From assembly GCA_021799835.1 (NCBI GenBank), contig JAJYZQ010000001.1, positions 1 through 25,158 of the forward strand: DNA of 25,158 nt, written 5' to 3'. The notes beneath the pieces are model-generated. The model made no database searches. It saw only the letters and a program-made list of their open reading frames with translations, and was not told the origin of the DNA. The stretch comes from a bacterium. Lineage in GTDB: Bacteria > Patescibacteriota > Minisyncoccia > JAJYZQ01. The position numbers and the translations under genes were made by a program. Of the stretch, positions 16,091 to 24,670 are shown one piece after another (position 1 is the first letter of the stretch; the number at the start of each line of letters is the position of its first letter).

Positions 16091-18175
16091 TTATTTTTGC
16101 GACAAGGCAATTTTACCTCCCGCTTCAACGCGGATAACCGTGACATTCATAGTATCGCCAACGTTGAAATGTGCGCCGCGGCGTATCTCTGACTTATGCA
16201 GCAGGCCATCTTTGCCGGGTGCAAGCTCTATGAATGCGCCGAAATCGGTGATCTTCACTACCTTACCGGAAAAAGTATCACCAACCGCGACTTCTCGCGT
16301 CATATTTTCTATGATTGTTCGCGCTTCGTGCACGGCAGTAATATCGCGGCTTGCGATGTAGACGCTGCCGTCTTGTTCAATGTTAATAGTAGCGCCGGTG
16401 CGATCAGATATTTCATTGATGGTTTTTCCGCCGCTGCCGATCACGAGGCCGATCTGGTCGGGATTAATCTTTACGATGGCAATCTTTGGTGCCCACGGCG
16501 AGATAGTATCGCGTGGTGCGCTCAAGGTCTGCTCTATCTTATCTAATATTTCCATTCGTGCTTTGCGCGCTTGAGTCATTGCGTCACGCAGCATTTGCGG
16601 CGTGATGCCGTCTATTTTAACGTCCATCTGCATTGCGGTAACGCCACTGCGCGTTCCCGCAACTTTCAGATCCATATCGCCATGATGATCTTCGGGGCCT
16701 TGAATGTCGGTGAGTACTTTATAGTTCCCCTGTTCTCCCGTCATTAAGCCCATAGCAATGCCTGCTGCCGGGCTCACGATCGGTACGCCCGCATCCATCA
16801 GTGCCAACGTTGAGCCACATACCGATGCCATAGAAGTGGAACCGTTTGAAGATAATATTTCAGTGACGATCCGTATTGCGTAAGGGAACTGTTCTTTGGT
16901 TGGCAGAATTGCTTCTATGGCGCGCTCTGCAAGTGCACCGTGGCCAATCTCTCTCCGTCCCGGGCCGCGCAGCGGTCCGGTCTCGCCGCTGCAGAATGGC
17001 GGGAAGTTATAGTGATGGATAAAGCGTTTCGTGCCGACGAATTCCATACTTTCCATACTTTGTTCCAGTGCGGGCTCACCCAGCGTGAGTACGCTCAATG
17101 CCTGAGTTTCACCGCGGTTAAAAAGGCCGGAACCATGCGTGCGCGGCAGGATCCCCGCATCTGTCCAAATGGGGCGTAATTCATCCAGCTTTCTCCCGTC
17201 AATGCGGCGATTATGTGCCAAAACGTTCTGGTGAACGATATCATTGATCTCTTCTTCAATGAAGCGGGATGCTTGATGCACGGCAGCGTCAGGATATTTT
17301 TCTGCGATCATTTTTCCCACCTCTTTGGCAAATTTGTTCACTTCATCCATTTTTTCTAAACGCTGGAGATCGCTCAGGAGGATGGCAGAAATTTTTTCGT
17401 GCGCAAGTTCATGAACCGCTTGCTTAACCACCTGGTCATCTTCTTGCAAAGAGAGTGCCAGTTTTTCTTTGCCGATTTCTTTGCGGATATCATTGATGAA
17501 CGCGGTGAGCTTGCTGATCTCTTGGTGCGCTGCTTCTGCTGCCCGCACAATGTCTTCTTCAGATACTTGTTGTGCGCCGCTCTCCAACATATTGATGCGG
17601 TCCGCTGTTCCGGAAACTACCATATCTAACGCTGCAGTGTCGCGTTCCGCGTACGTGGGGTTAATGATGAACTGTTCGCCAACTTTACCCACGCGCACAC
17701 CGGCTATCGGGCCATTCCAAGGGATGTCGGAAATGCTCAGTGCTGTTGATGCGCCGATTAATGCCAGCACATCCGCATCATTTTCTGTGTCAAAAGAAAG
17801 CACGGTGATGATCACTTGCACTTCATTGCGCAAGCGATGGTCAAAGAGCGGGCGGATGGTGCGGTCTACTAACCGCCCGGTGAGAATAGCGTCGTCCGTC
17901 GGCCGCCCTTCACGCTTGATAAAGCGGCTGCCCTTGATCATGCCAGCGGCATAGAGGCGCTCTTCGTAATCCACGCTGAGCGGAAAATAATCAATATTTT
18001 CACGGAGCGAACCCATTACTGCAGTGACCAGAACTATCGTCTCGCCATATTGCACAAGAGCAGAGCCATTTGCCTGCTGTGCGAGAACGCCAACAGAGAC
18101 GGTCAATTCCTTGCCGCCTAACTCCATGCGAAAAGTGCGTGACTTTTCCGCCAACGCAGATGTTGATGTATTCAT
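16091..18175 (-). CDS. pnp: Polyribonucleotide nucleotidyltransferase (PNPase)
   Basis: DYFPLSVDYEER, RIDGR, HGSGLFNRGETQ, RREIGHGALA, SNGSTSMASVC, DMDLKVAG, KH and S1 domains. Start taken at ATG 18175. Confidence 0.99.
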   Translation of the reverse strand: MNTSTSALAEKSRTFRMELGGKELTVSVGVLAQQANGSALVQYGETIVLVTAVMGSLRENIDYFPLSVDYEERLYAAGMIKGSRFIKREGRPTDDAILTGRLVDRTIRPLFDHRLRNEVQVIITVLSFDTENDADVLALIGASTALSISDIPWNGPIAGVRVGKVGEQFIINPTYAERDTAALDMVVSGTADRINMLESGAQQVSEEDIVRAAEAAHQEISKLTAFINDIRKEIGKEKLALSLQEDDQVVKQAVHELAHEKISAILLSDLQRLEKMDEVNKFAKEVGKMIAEKYPDAAVHQASRFIEEEINDIVHQNVLAHNRRIDGRKLDELRPIWTDAGILPRTHGSGLFNRGETQALSVLTLGEPALEQSMESMEFVGTKRFIHHYNFPPFCSGETGPLRGPGRREIGHGALAERAIEAILPTKEQFPYAIRIVTEILSSNGSTSMASVCGSTLALMDAGVPIVSPAAGIAMGLMTGEQGNYKVLTDIQGPEDHHGDMDLKVAGTRSGVTAMQMDVKIDGITPQMLRDAMTQARKARMEILDKIEQTLSAPRDTISPWAPKIAIVKINPDQIGLVIGSGGKTINEISDRTGATINIEQDGSVYIASRDITAVHEARTIIENMTREVAVGDTFSGKVVKITDFGAFIELAPGKDGLLHKSEIRRGAHFNVGDTMNVTVIRVEAGGKIALSQK

Positions 18176-18365
18176 ATACGATCTGAAGGGACAAAAATCT
18201 ATAGGGATGAAATTTTGATAGGCCGCCGACATTGCGGCGTGATCAAATGCTCACCGTTACAGATTTCAGCCCCTGTAATAATTATACGATCTTCCGAAAA
18301 ACGCAGAACTTCACGGCATACTGTTCTTCTGCGCTTTCTGCAGGGCCGTATAGGGATTGCAAAAA

Positions 18366-18878
18366 TTACAGCCGCGACTTCATCAGATATTTATCCGGCT
18401 CCTGGTCTAGGTCAAAATAATCATCAGCAGATTCTTTGATCTTTCGTGAAGTGCTTTTGCCAAACGACATTACTTCCACCTGCTTGCCATGATATTTCAG
18501 GTACTCAATGACGTCGGTAAAGTCGCCGTCACCGCTCACCAGCACGATAACATCCAACGCTTCTTTAAGTCGTATCATATCAACCACAATGCCAACATCC
18601 CAGTCGGCTTTTTTAGCGCCACCGTAGAACTCCTGCAGCTCGCGCTCTTTGGTCTCAATGCCACTCGCAACGAGCGCATCAAAGAACGGCTTTTCTTCGC
18701 CGGTCTTGGTGCGTACCACATAGGCAATGGAGCGAATAAGCTTCCGTCCCGATACGGCAGTACGCAAGATCTCCCGAAAATTCACCTTATGATTATAGAG
18801 ATGTTTTGCGGAATAGTAGAGGTTTTGCACGTCTATGAATACGCCGACGCGCTGTTCTTTGTGTCTGATGATTGCCAC
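18366..18878 (-). CDS. NYN domain (LabA/DUF88, PIN-like) protein
   Basis: VFIDVQNLYY, KKADWDVGIVVD and VLVSGDGDF acidic motifs. Confidence 0.92.
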   Translation of the reverse strand: MAIIRHKEQRVGVFIDVQNLYYSAKHLYNHKVNFREILRTAVSGRKLIRSIAYVVRTKTGEEKPFFDALVASGIETKERELQEFYGGAKKADWDVGIVVDMIRLKEALDVIVLVSGDGDFTDVIEYLKYHGKQVEVMSFGKSTSRKIKESADDYFDLDQEPDKYLMKSRL

Positions 18879-18904
18879 AGCAAAAAAATGAAATTATTGA
18901 GCGC

Positions 18905-19171
18905 TTATTTTCTCAATCCGAGTTTCTTAATGAGTGCGGCATACCGCTCCTCATCTTCCCGCGAAAGATAATCCAGCAAGCGCTTCCGCTTGGATACCAT
19001 CTTTAAGAGTCCGCGGCGAGAATGATTATCTTTAGGATTTTCTTTGAGGTGGTCGGTCAGTTCTTTGATCTGTTCGGTCAATAATGCGACTTGAACCTCT
19101 GAAGATCCGGTATCACCTTCGTGCGCTTTGTATTTTTGAATTATTTTCTGTTTTTTTTCTACCGTCAGCAT
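18905..19171 (-). CDS. rpsO: 30S ribosomal protein S15
   Basis: [16 protein letters not shown]...[29 protein letters not shown]...LGLRK; 88 aa from ATG 19171. Confidence 0.99.
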   Translation of the reverse strand: MLTVEKKQKIIQKYKAHEGDTGSSEVQVALLTEQIKELTDHLKENPKDNHSRRGLLKMVSKRKRLLDYLSREDEERYAALIKKLGLRK

Positions 19172-19304
19172 ATGCAATAGGGTATTAATTATTCTGTAGT
19201 ACTACTCTTCTGCTTCGGTATTCGGCGCGCCGATGGCCTGAGCGTGTGCTTTGGCTATCGTGGCGAAGGTTTGTGCGCTGATCCCGTTGCATTTGATTTT
19301 TATT

Positions 19305-19333
19305 ATAGTATCATTTATTGAAGAAAAAATCAA
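19305..19333 (-). promoter_or_regulatory. Putative promoter of rpsO-NYN-pnp, overlapping a divergent xer promoter
   Basis: Minus strand TTGATT-17-TACTAT with a TGn extension. Plus strand TTGCAT-16-TATCAT at 19287-19314. Confidence 0.5.
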
Positions 19334-19335
19334 GT

Positions 19336-20289
19336 ATGCCCACAGAGCGCGATGCCGCCCTTGCGCGGTACATAAATGAATATTTGGAGTATCTGGAAGT
19401 GGAGAAGAACCGCTCGCGACACACGGTTACCAATTATCGCCGGTATCTGCGCGAGTTTTTGGCGTGGTCGCAGGCATCGGAACCAACTGAAATAACCAAG
19501 GAGCTGGTGCGGCAATTTCGTTTATATTTGAATCGCAAAACGACGCGCCAATCTCCTGGACAAGATAGCCGAAATATCAAAAAGATCACACAAGGATATT
19601 ATTTGATCGCTTTGCGCAACTTTTTGAAGTATCTTGCACGTCGGGATATTCCCGCACTCTCGCCCGAACACATAGAACTGCCCAGGCCTGAAGCGCACAG
19701 CGCGCAATTTTTAGAAGGCGAAGAGCTGGCGCGCTTACTGGAAGCACCGCAAGGCGAGAGCTTGCGAGCCGTGCGTGACCGAGCGCTCCTTTCGCTTCTT
19801 TTTAGTACGGGATTGCGCGTATCAGAATTGGTATCACTGCGGCGGGATGACCTCAATATGAAGACCGGAGAATTTTCCGTGCGTGGAAAAGGCGACAAGA
19901 TCCGTGTGGTATTCATTTCTGTGGATTCTGCGGAAAAGATCACCCGGTATTTAGCGCGGCGCACCGACATTGATCCGCATCTTTTTTCGCGGATATATAA
20001 AAAAGAAAGCATGGCACAACAGAAAGATGATCTGGCAATGAGCGTGCGCTCCGTGCAGCGGCTCATCAAGCACTATTCAGCATTGGCGGGATTGCCTAAA
20101 AAAATTACACCCCACACGATGCGCCATTCATTTGCGACGGACTTATTGCGCAATGGCGCCGATCTTCGCGCGGTACAGATATTGCTGGGGCATAGCAATA
20201 TTTCTACGACTCAGATCTATACGCATTTCACCAATAAGACATTGAAAGAAGCGCATCAGAAGTATCACAGCCCCGAAAATAACCTGTAG
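19336..20289 (+). CDS. XerC/XerD-type tyrosine recombinase
   Basis: N-terminal core-binding domain; catalytic R (STGLRVSE), K (RGKGDK), HxxR (PHTMRH), H (LLGH) and Y (TQIYTH) all intact. Start is ATG 19336 or TTG 19318. Confidence 0.93.
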   Translation: MPTERDAALARYINEYLEYLEVEKNRSRHTVTNYRRYLREFLAWSQASEPTEITKELVRQFRLYLNRKTTRQSPGQDSRNIKKITQGYYLIALRNFLKYLARRDIPALSPEHIELPRPEAHSAQFLEGEELARLLEAPQGESLRAVRDRALLSLLFSTGLRVSELVSLRRDDLNMKTGEFSVRGKGDKIRVVFISVDSAEKITRYLARRTDIDPHLFSRIYKKESMAQQKDDLAMSVRSVQRLIKHYSALAGLPKKITPHTMRHSFATDLLRNGADLRAVQILLGHSNISTTQIYTHFTNKTLKEAHQKYHSPENNL

Positions 20290-20369
20290 CGGTACTGTGG
20301 GTATTGCATAGTATTTTAGGTGTAGTATACTATACATTACGATACGTTAAAAATTATATATTATTGAAG

Positions 20370-20403
20370 TATATTACCGGAGTAATTGCTCTACGGTAAT
20401 ATA
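20370..20403. repeat. Inverted repeat in the leader of the surface-protein gene
   Basis: TATATTACCG-GAG-taattg-CTC-ta-CGGTAATATA followed by TTTT. Confidence 0.7.
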
Positions 20404-20417
20404 TTTTCTGCATCCTT

Positions 20418-22670
20418 ATGCCGACTCGTTTCACGCGCCGAGGAGGTATGTATACGGCGGTGCTTGTTCTCTCACTCATACTCATTATGGGTGCGGTATT
20501 TTTCCGCGTTGCTTACGCCCAATGGTCTGAGCCAACCGCTCCACCCACCGGCAACAATACCAATCCTCCCCTAGACACGTCATCCACCAGTCAAAACAAG
20601 ACCGGTGCATTAACCGTTGGCTCTACAACCAACTATACTGCTGTCGGTATGTACGCCCCCATCTACTATGATGCAAACAATACCAGCTACTATCTCCAGC
20701 CTTCCAATACGGGTACCTCTGCCGTGTTTGCCGGAAGTGTAGGAATAGGTACCACCTCTCCTGCTGCACAGCTTGATGTAAATGGCAATATTGCCGTAGA
20801 CACCAACTTTAGTTGGGGAAAGCAAGCAACAGCAAACGGTAATCCTGAAGATAGTTTGTATTTCACTACTACTTTTAATGGTGGATCAAGTGTAAACGAC
20901 TACACCTATTACAAAATTGATGCACCTTCATATGTTATACAAAGCGGTGATTACTTGGAATATGATATTTATTGCAGCCCAAACAATGTAAATGGTATTT
21001 GTGATGGCGGCGTAGAACTTGGTTTTACTAATGGTGCAGTGGGGAGAAATTATAGTCCGTCCGACCAAAATGGTATTGGGTGGTTTGGCGATCACGGTGC
21101 ATATTCAAAGGGGCGGTGGTATCACCGTAAGTTTAATTTAGCAAGTATGGTGGGCCTCACCCTCAATGATGTAGATGTGGTAGAAGAAGCGAATGTAACT
21201 GGTACACTCTCCTATTATTATCGGAACATAGAGATAACTAATAATAACATACAGCAATTAGTGATCTGGAATGGAGGAAATCCGTCGGTTAATGCGCCAG
21301 ATTATACAAATTATGCTACTGCCTATTCAGTGGGTGGCTCATATTTTGCTGGAGGGTATTTTGCGGGTAATGTTGGCATTGGTACCACTGCTCCCCTCAT
21401 CCAACTTCAAGTGGGCAGCAATGGCGGCATCTATAATGATGGCAGTACGGAAATGTTCAGTAAGAATTTATATTACAACAATGCGTGGGACTATATAGCT
21501 AACGGTTTTGCGAGTGGCATCCTTGCAGATTCTAGTGGCAATGTACATTTCTACACCGCACCCTCTGGTACGGCGAACACTACGGCAGCACTTACTGATG
21601 ATATGACCATATTGAATAATGGTAATGTTGGTATCGGCGTCGGCAATCCTGCAGACAAACTCACCATAGCAGGTACCTCATATCCCACCTCATTCACAGG
21701 TATTGGCTCCACAGTCGGTATTACTGGGGGCATCCCTACTAATGGGTTTGCCAAACTTACCTTTGGCAATGGCGCGGGAGGTGATTACGGTGGTATCGGC
21801 CTTTTGGTGACTAATAGCGGCAGCTATCTCTATTTCGGCACGTCAAACAACTATGCCAGTGGTATCACCAACAATGCCATGGTTATTGACTATAACGGCA
21901 ATGTGGGCATTGGGACAACAAGCCCAGGATATAAACTAGAAGTAAATGGCGACATACTTGCTGATGGATGGCTGCGCACCTCGGGTAATACGGGTTGGTA
22001 TAGCCAAACCTATGGTAGCGGCTTTTATATGACTGATAGCAGTTGGATCCGCAGTTATGGAGCAGCAGGCCTCTGGTTTAATAGTGGCCTTATTGGCACC
22101 AATGGCGGTTTAACAATTGGCTACGGAGGATCTTCTAGTCCCAGCGGAGGAGCAATCATTGCGGGCAACGTCGGTATTGGAACGGCCTCTCCCGACCAGC
22201 TACTTACTGTTTCCGGTATTATTCATTCCACTTCCGGTGGATTTGAATTTCCTGATGGTACAGTGCTTACTTCTGCATTGCCAACAGCAAGCTGTACCAA
22301 TATATCCGGAGGAAACAGCGGCGCGTTAGCTTCGGGTGGCAGTTATTCGGTGACCTCGGTAAGCGTCGCAACGAGCTCAACAAAAACACTCATTTCAACA
22401 TTCTCTGACGCGGATTGGTATTACAACGGCTCAAGCTTTGCGTACTACATCACTTATCTATGTGGAGCAAGTGGCGGATGCGTTGTGAATAACTATAACT
22501 ATGCTAACATTGGATATAGCACCGGCTCTAATAATGGGGGTGTGCATATGTCACGGATTTATCCCAATATGCCGGCTGATACCTATACAATGTATTTTGA
22601 AGTGGGCGCACCATACGGGGGCACGATTGGTTGGGACATCGGGTCGTTGTGTTTGAGCACGATGGATTAA
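20418..22670 (+). CDS. Secreted or anchored modular surface protein with five G[NS]VGIG repeats (tail-fibre/adhesin-like)
   Basis: Hydrophobic N-terminal segment ending AYA, then WSEPTAPP..N..PPL; five repeats of the GNVGIGTT.P...L.V.G type; GGFEFPDGT motif; Gly/Ser/Thr/Asn-rich beta-type composition. Confidence 0.85.
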   Translation: MPTRFTRRGGMYTAVLVLSLILIMGAVFFRVAYAQWSEPTAPPTGNNTNPPLDTSSTSQNKTGALTVGSTTNYTAVGMYAPIYYDANNTSYYLQPSNTGTSAVFAGSVGIGTTSPAAQLDVNGNIAVDTNFSWGKQATANGNPEDSLYFTTTFNGGSSVNDYTYYKIDAPSYVIQSGDYLEYDIYCSPNNVNGICDGGVELGFTNGAVGRNYSPSDQNGIGWFGDHGAYSKGRWYHRKFNLASMVGLTLNDVDVVEEANVTGTLSYYYRNIEITNNNIQQLVIWNGGNPSVNAPDYTNYATAYSVGGSYFAGGYFAGNVGIGTTAPLIQLQVGSNGGIYNDGSTEMFSKNLYYNNAWDYIANGFASGILADSSGNVHFYTAPSGTANTTAALTDDMTILNNGNVGIGVGNPADKLTIAGTSYPTSFTGIGSTVGITGGIPTNGFAKLTFGNGAGGDYGGIGLLVTNSGSYLYFGTSNNYASGITNNAMVIDYNGNVGIGTTSPGYKLEVNGDILADGWLRTSGNTGWYSQTYGSGFYMTDSSWIRSYGAAGLWFNSGLIGTNGGLTIGYGGSSSPSGGAIIAGNVGIGTASPDQLLTVSGIIHSTSGGFEFPDGTVLTSALPTASCTNISGGNSGALASGGSYSVTSVSVATSSTKTLISTFSDADWYYNGSSFAYYITYLCGASGGCVVNNYNYANIGYSTGSNNGGVHMSRIYPNMPADTYTMYFEVGAPYGGTIGWDIGSLCLSTMD

Positions 22671-22732
22671 AACCTTACCACTGAGGGCAAGGTTCGGTCT
22701 CAATTAAGAGTAGCTCCGGAATCTTTTACACC

Positions 22733-23911
22733 TTATGCTAAATCAAGTCCGCCATCCGCGCGGAGCGTATTAGGACGGGAAAATTTTCCTTTTTGTGCGG
22801 AGAAATAACCGGCTACGGCAATCATTGCGGCGTTATCTCCGGTAAATGAAAGAGGAGCGAGAAGAAGAAGGGTGTGTGGGAAATCTTTAGTAATCATTGC
22901 GGAAAATTGTTTGCGCAATTCGGTATTTGCTGACACGCCGCCGCCGATGATCAAGGTTTGAGGCCGGTATTTTTTGAGTGCCTTGGCGGTTTTTGCAATC
23001 AGCACATCAAGCACCGCTTGTTCAAATGAAGCGCACAGGTCATTAAGATGATCAGGAGAATACGGCGGCATGCCGGCAGTAGGTGTTTTCTTGCTGATAG
23101 GGCGCACCAGATAGAGTAATGCGGTTTTTAATCCGGAGAAACTAAAATCAAGATCGGCAGAGTGAAGCATTGGCCGCGGGAGATCAAAAAAAGTGCGATC
23201 GCCATTCTGGGCGTGTTGAGAGATCTGCGGTCCGCCCGGATAGGGTAAGCCGAGAATTTTTGCCGCTTTATCAAACGCTTCGCCTGCCGCATCATCGCGG
23301 GTCTCGCCGATTATTTTATATTTTCCCGGCTCAGTAATGAGCACCAGTTCCGTATGTCCGCCACTCACGATGAGCGCTAGCGCGGGAAAAATAATCTGTT
23401 TATTTTCTAAGTAGTTGGCAAAAATATGCCCCTCCAGATGGTTCACGCCTACTAGTGGCTTATGCCAAAGCGTCGCTAATGCGCGCGCTGCATTTACCCC
23501 AACCCAAAGTGCCGGCTCCAATCCCGGCCCCTTGGTTACCGCGATCGCATCAATGGTTGCAATGAGGGAAGAAAATTTTTCGGTGAGTACGGTGAATTCT
23601 TCTAATAGTTCCGGCTCATAGGTAAGATAGCGCGCAGCAGGAGCAGTGCGCTGTTTTTTCGTTGGTGTACTGTTATATTTTTTCAACCTTTTAGCAGGTT
23701 CTGCAAGCGCTTGTGCGAGTACTGCACTAATATTTTTGCGATGCTCGCGCTGCGCTAAAAACGGCACCACACCGCCATACGGTGCGTGGAGAGCGATCTG
23801 TGATGATACAACGCTGGAAAGCAAGCGTACGTGAATGCGTCGCGTGCCGGAAATGTCCGCAAGTGCTGCGGCTGTTTCATCGCATGATGTTTCTAGAGCA
23901 AGGATTCGCAT
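22733..23911 (-). CDS. tsaD: tRNA N6-threonylcarbamoyladenosine transferase subunit TsaD
   Basis: ILALETSCDET, YGGVVP, AVTKGPGL, NHLEGH, SGGHT, TRDDAAGEAFDK, FSFSGLK, TGDNAAMIA. Confidence 0.97.
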   Translation of the reverse strand: MRILALETSCDETAAALADISGTRRIHVRLLSSVVSSQIALHAPYGGVVPFLAQREHRKNISAVLAQALAEPAKRLKKYNSTPTKKQRTAPAARYLTYEPELLEEFTVLTEKFSSLIATIDAIAVTKGPGLEPALWVGVNAARALATLWHKPLVGVNHLEGHIFANYLENKQIIFPALALIVSGGHTELVLITEPGKYKIIGETRDDAAGEAFDKAAKILGLPYPGGPQISQHAQNGDRTFFDLPRPMLHSADLDFSFSGLKTALLYLVRPISKKTPTAGMPPYSPDHLNDLCASFEQAVLDVLIAKTAKALKKYRPQTLIIGGGVSANTELRKQFSAMITKDFPHTLLLLAPLSFTGDNAAMIAVAGYFSAQKGKFSRPNTLRADGGLDLA

Positions 23912-23936
23912 AATTCGTATTTTTACTATTTTAAAA

Positions 23937-24068
23937 TTTGTAAAACAAAATATTTACTACCGCTCAAACGTCCAGCGCGCGTTCTCGCTCTGTGACTTGC
24001 CCGCTCTTCACTGTAGTGGAACCATGCCCGCTCGCTTCGTCAATGTAGTAAATATTTTGCTTTACAAA
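23937..24068 (-). other. 132-bp element bounded by a 24-bp inverted repeat (structured RNA or MITE-like)
   Basis: Arms at 23937-23960 and 24045-24068 match at 23 of 24 positions; the single mismatch forms a G-U pair on the minus strand. The 84-nt interior is GC-rich. Confidence 0.75.
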
Positions 24069-24077
24069 GTAAACATC

Positions 24078-24106
24078 TTGACATTTATCTTTTCCGGGAG
24101 AATACT
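24078..24106 (+). promoter_or_regulatory. Promoter of the carbonic anhydrase gene
   Basis: TTGACA-17 bp-AATACT. Confidence 0.55.
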
Positions 24107-24146
24107 CCAATTTGTTAGTTCGGAGTATTGGTATAAGGGGGATGCT

Positions 24147-24566
24147 ATGGTTACCCATAAGACGCAAGCGGTCGTACTCACGTGCATAGATTTTCGCACG
24201 TACGACCATGCTGAACGAGTATTAGAACAAGCGATTGCCGAGCGGTTTGGTGTTGAATCATTTGACATCATCAGCTTGGCTGGAGGGGCGCGCAATCTTT
24301 TGCAGGACAAGCGGCGCGATGTGGTGCTGGAAGACCTGGCTACATCAGTTCGCTTGCACGACCCCGATCTAATAATCCTCGTAAATCATGAGGATTGCGG
24401 AGCATACGGTGGATCGGCTCAGTTTTCTGATGCTGATGAGGAAGAGCAGTTCCATCAAGAGCAGCTGGAGCAAGCCGCAGCAATAGCGCGGCAGTATGTC
24501 CCGGCTGAAAAGGTAAAAACCTTCTATTTGACCTTGAGCAAATCTCTTGAGCATCAGCTTGCTTGA
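24147..24566 (+). CDS. Small beta-class carbonic anhydrase-like protein (139 aa)
   Basis: Zn-ligand motifs CIDFR (CxDxR) and HEDCGAY (HxxC), plus AGG; AAGGGGGA Shine-Dalgarno before ATG 24147. Confidence 0.85.
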   Translation: MVTHKTQAVVLTCIDFRTYDHAERVLEQAIAERFGVESFDIISLAGGARNLLQDKRRDVVLEDLATSVRLHDPDLIILVNHEDCGAYGGSAQFSDADEEEQFHQEQLEQAAAIARQYVPAEKVKTFYLTLSKSLEHQLA

Positions 24567-24594
24567 GTGATTCAGTCAAGCTCAAAGCAGAATC

Positions 24595-24616
24595 AAGGGA
24601 GCCAACTGGCTCCCTT
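24595..24616 (+). terminator. Putative terminator after the carbonic anhydrase gene
   Basis: AAGGGAGCC-aact-GGCTCCCTT followed by a pyrimidine run. Confidence 0.55.
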
Positions 24617-24670
24617 CTTGCCCTTCTGGCTGTTCGTATGCTACTATAGAGCATCCCTTAACGCAACTAT

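Noticed and set aside
20344-20371. dif-like site next to the xer gene (TATATA spacer then TTAT)
   Set aside because: Only about half of each arm matches the Bacillus dif site as I recall it; too weak in an AT-rich spacer.
19336-22733. Shufflon or integron (tyrosine recombinase beside a PilV-like adhesin)
   Set aside because: The recombinase is an ordinary Xer type. There are no repeated inversion sites, alternative C-terminal cassettes or attC sites, and tsaD follows immediately.
23937-24068. Retron msr-msd RNA (a1/a2 inverted repeats)
   Set aside because: There is no reverse transcriptase in the window and the flanking genes are housekeeping.
23835-24146. N-terminal extension of the carbonic anhydrase ORF
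   Set aside because: It overlaps tsaD and the inverted-repeat element; the SD and promoter point to ATG 24147.
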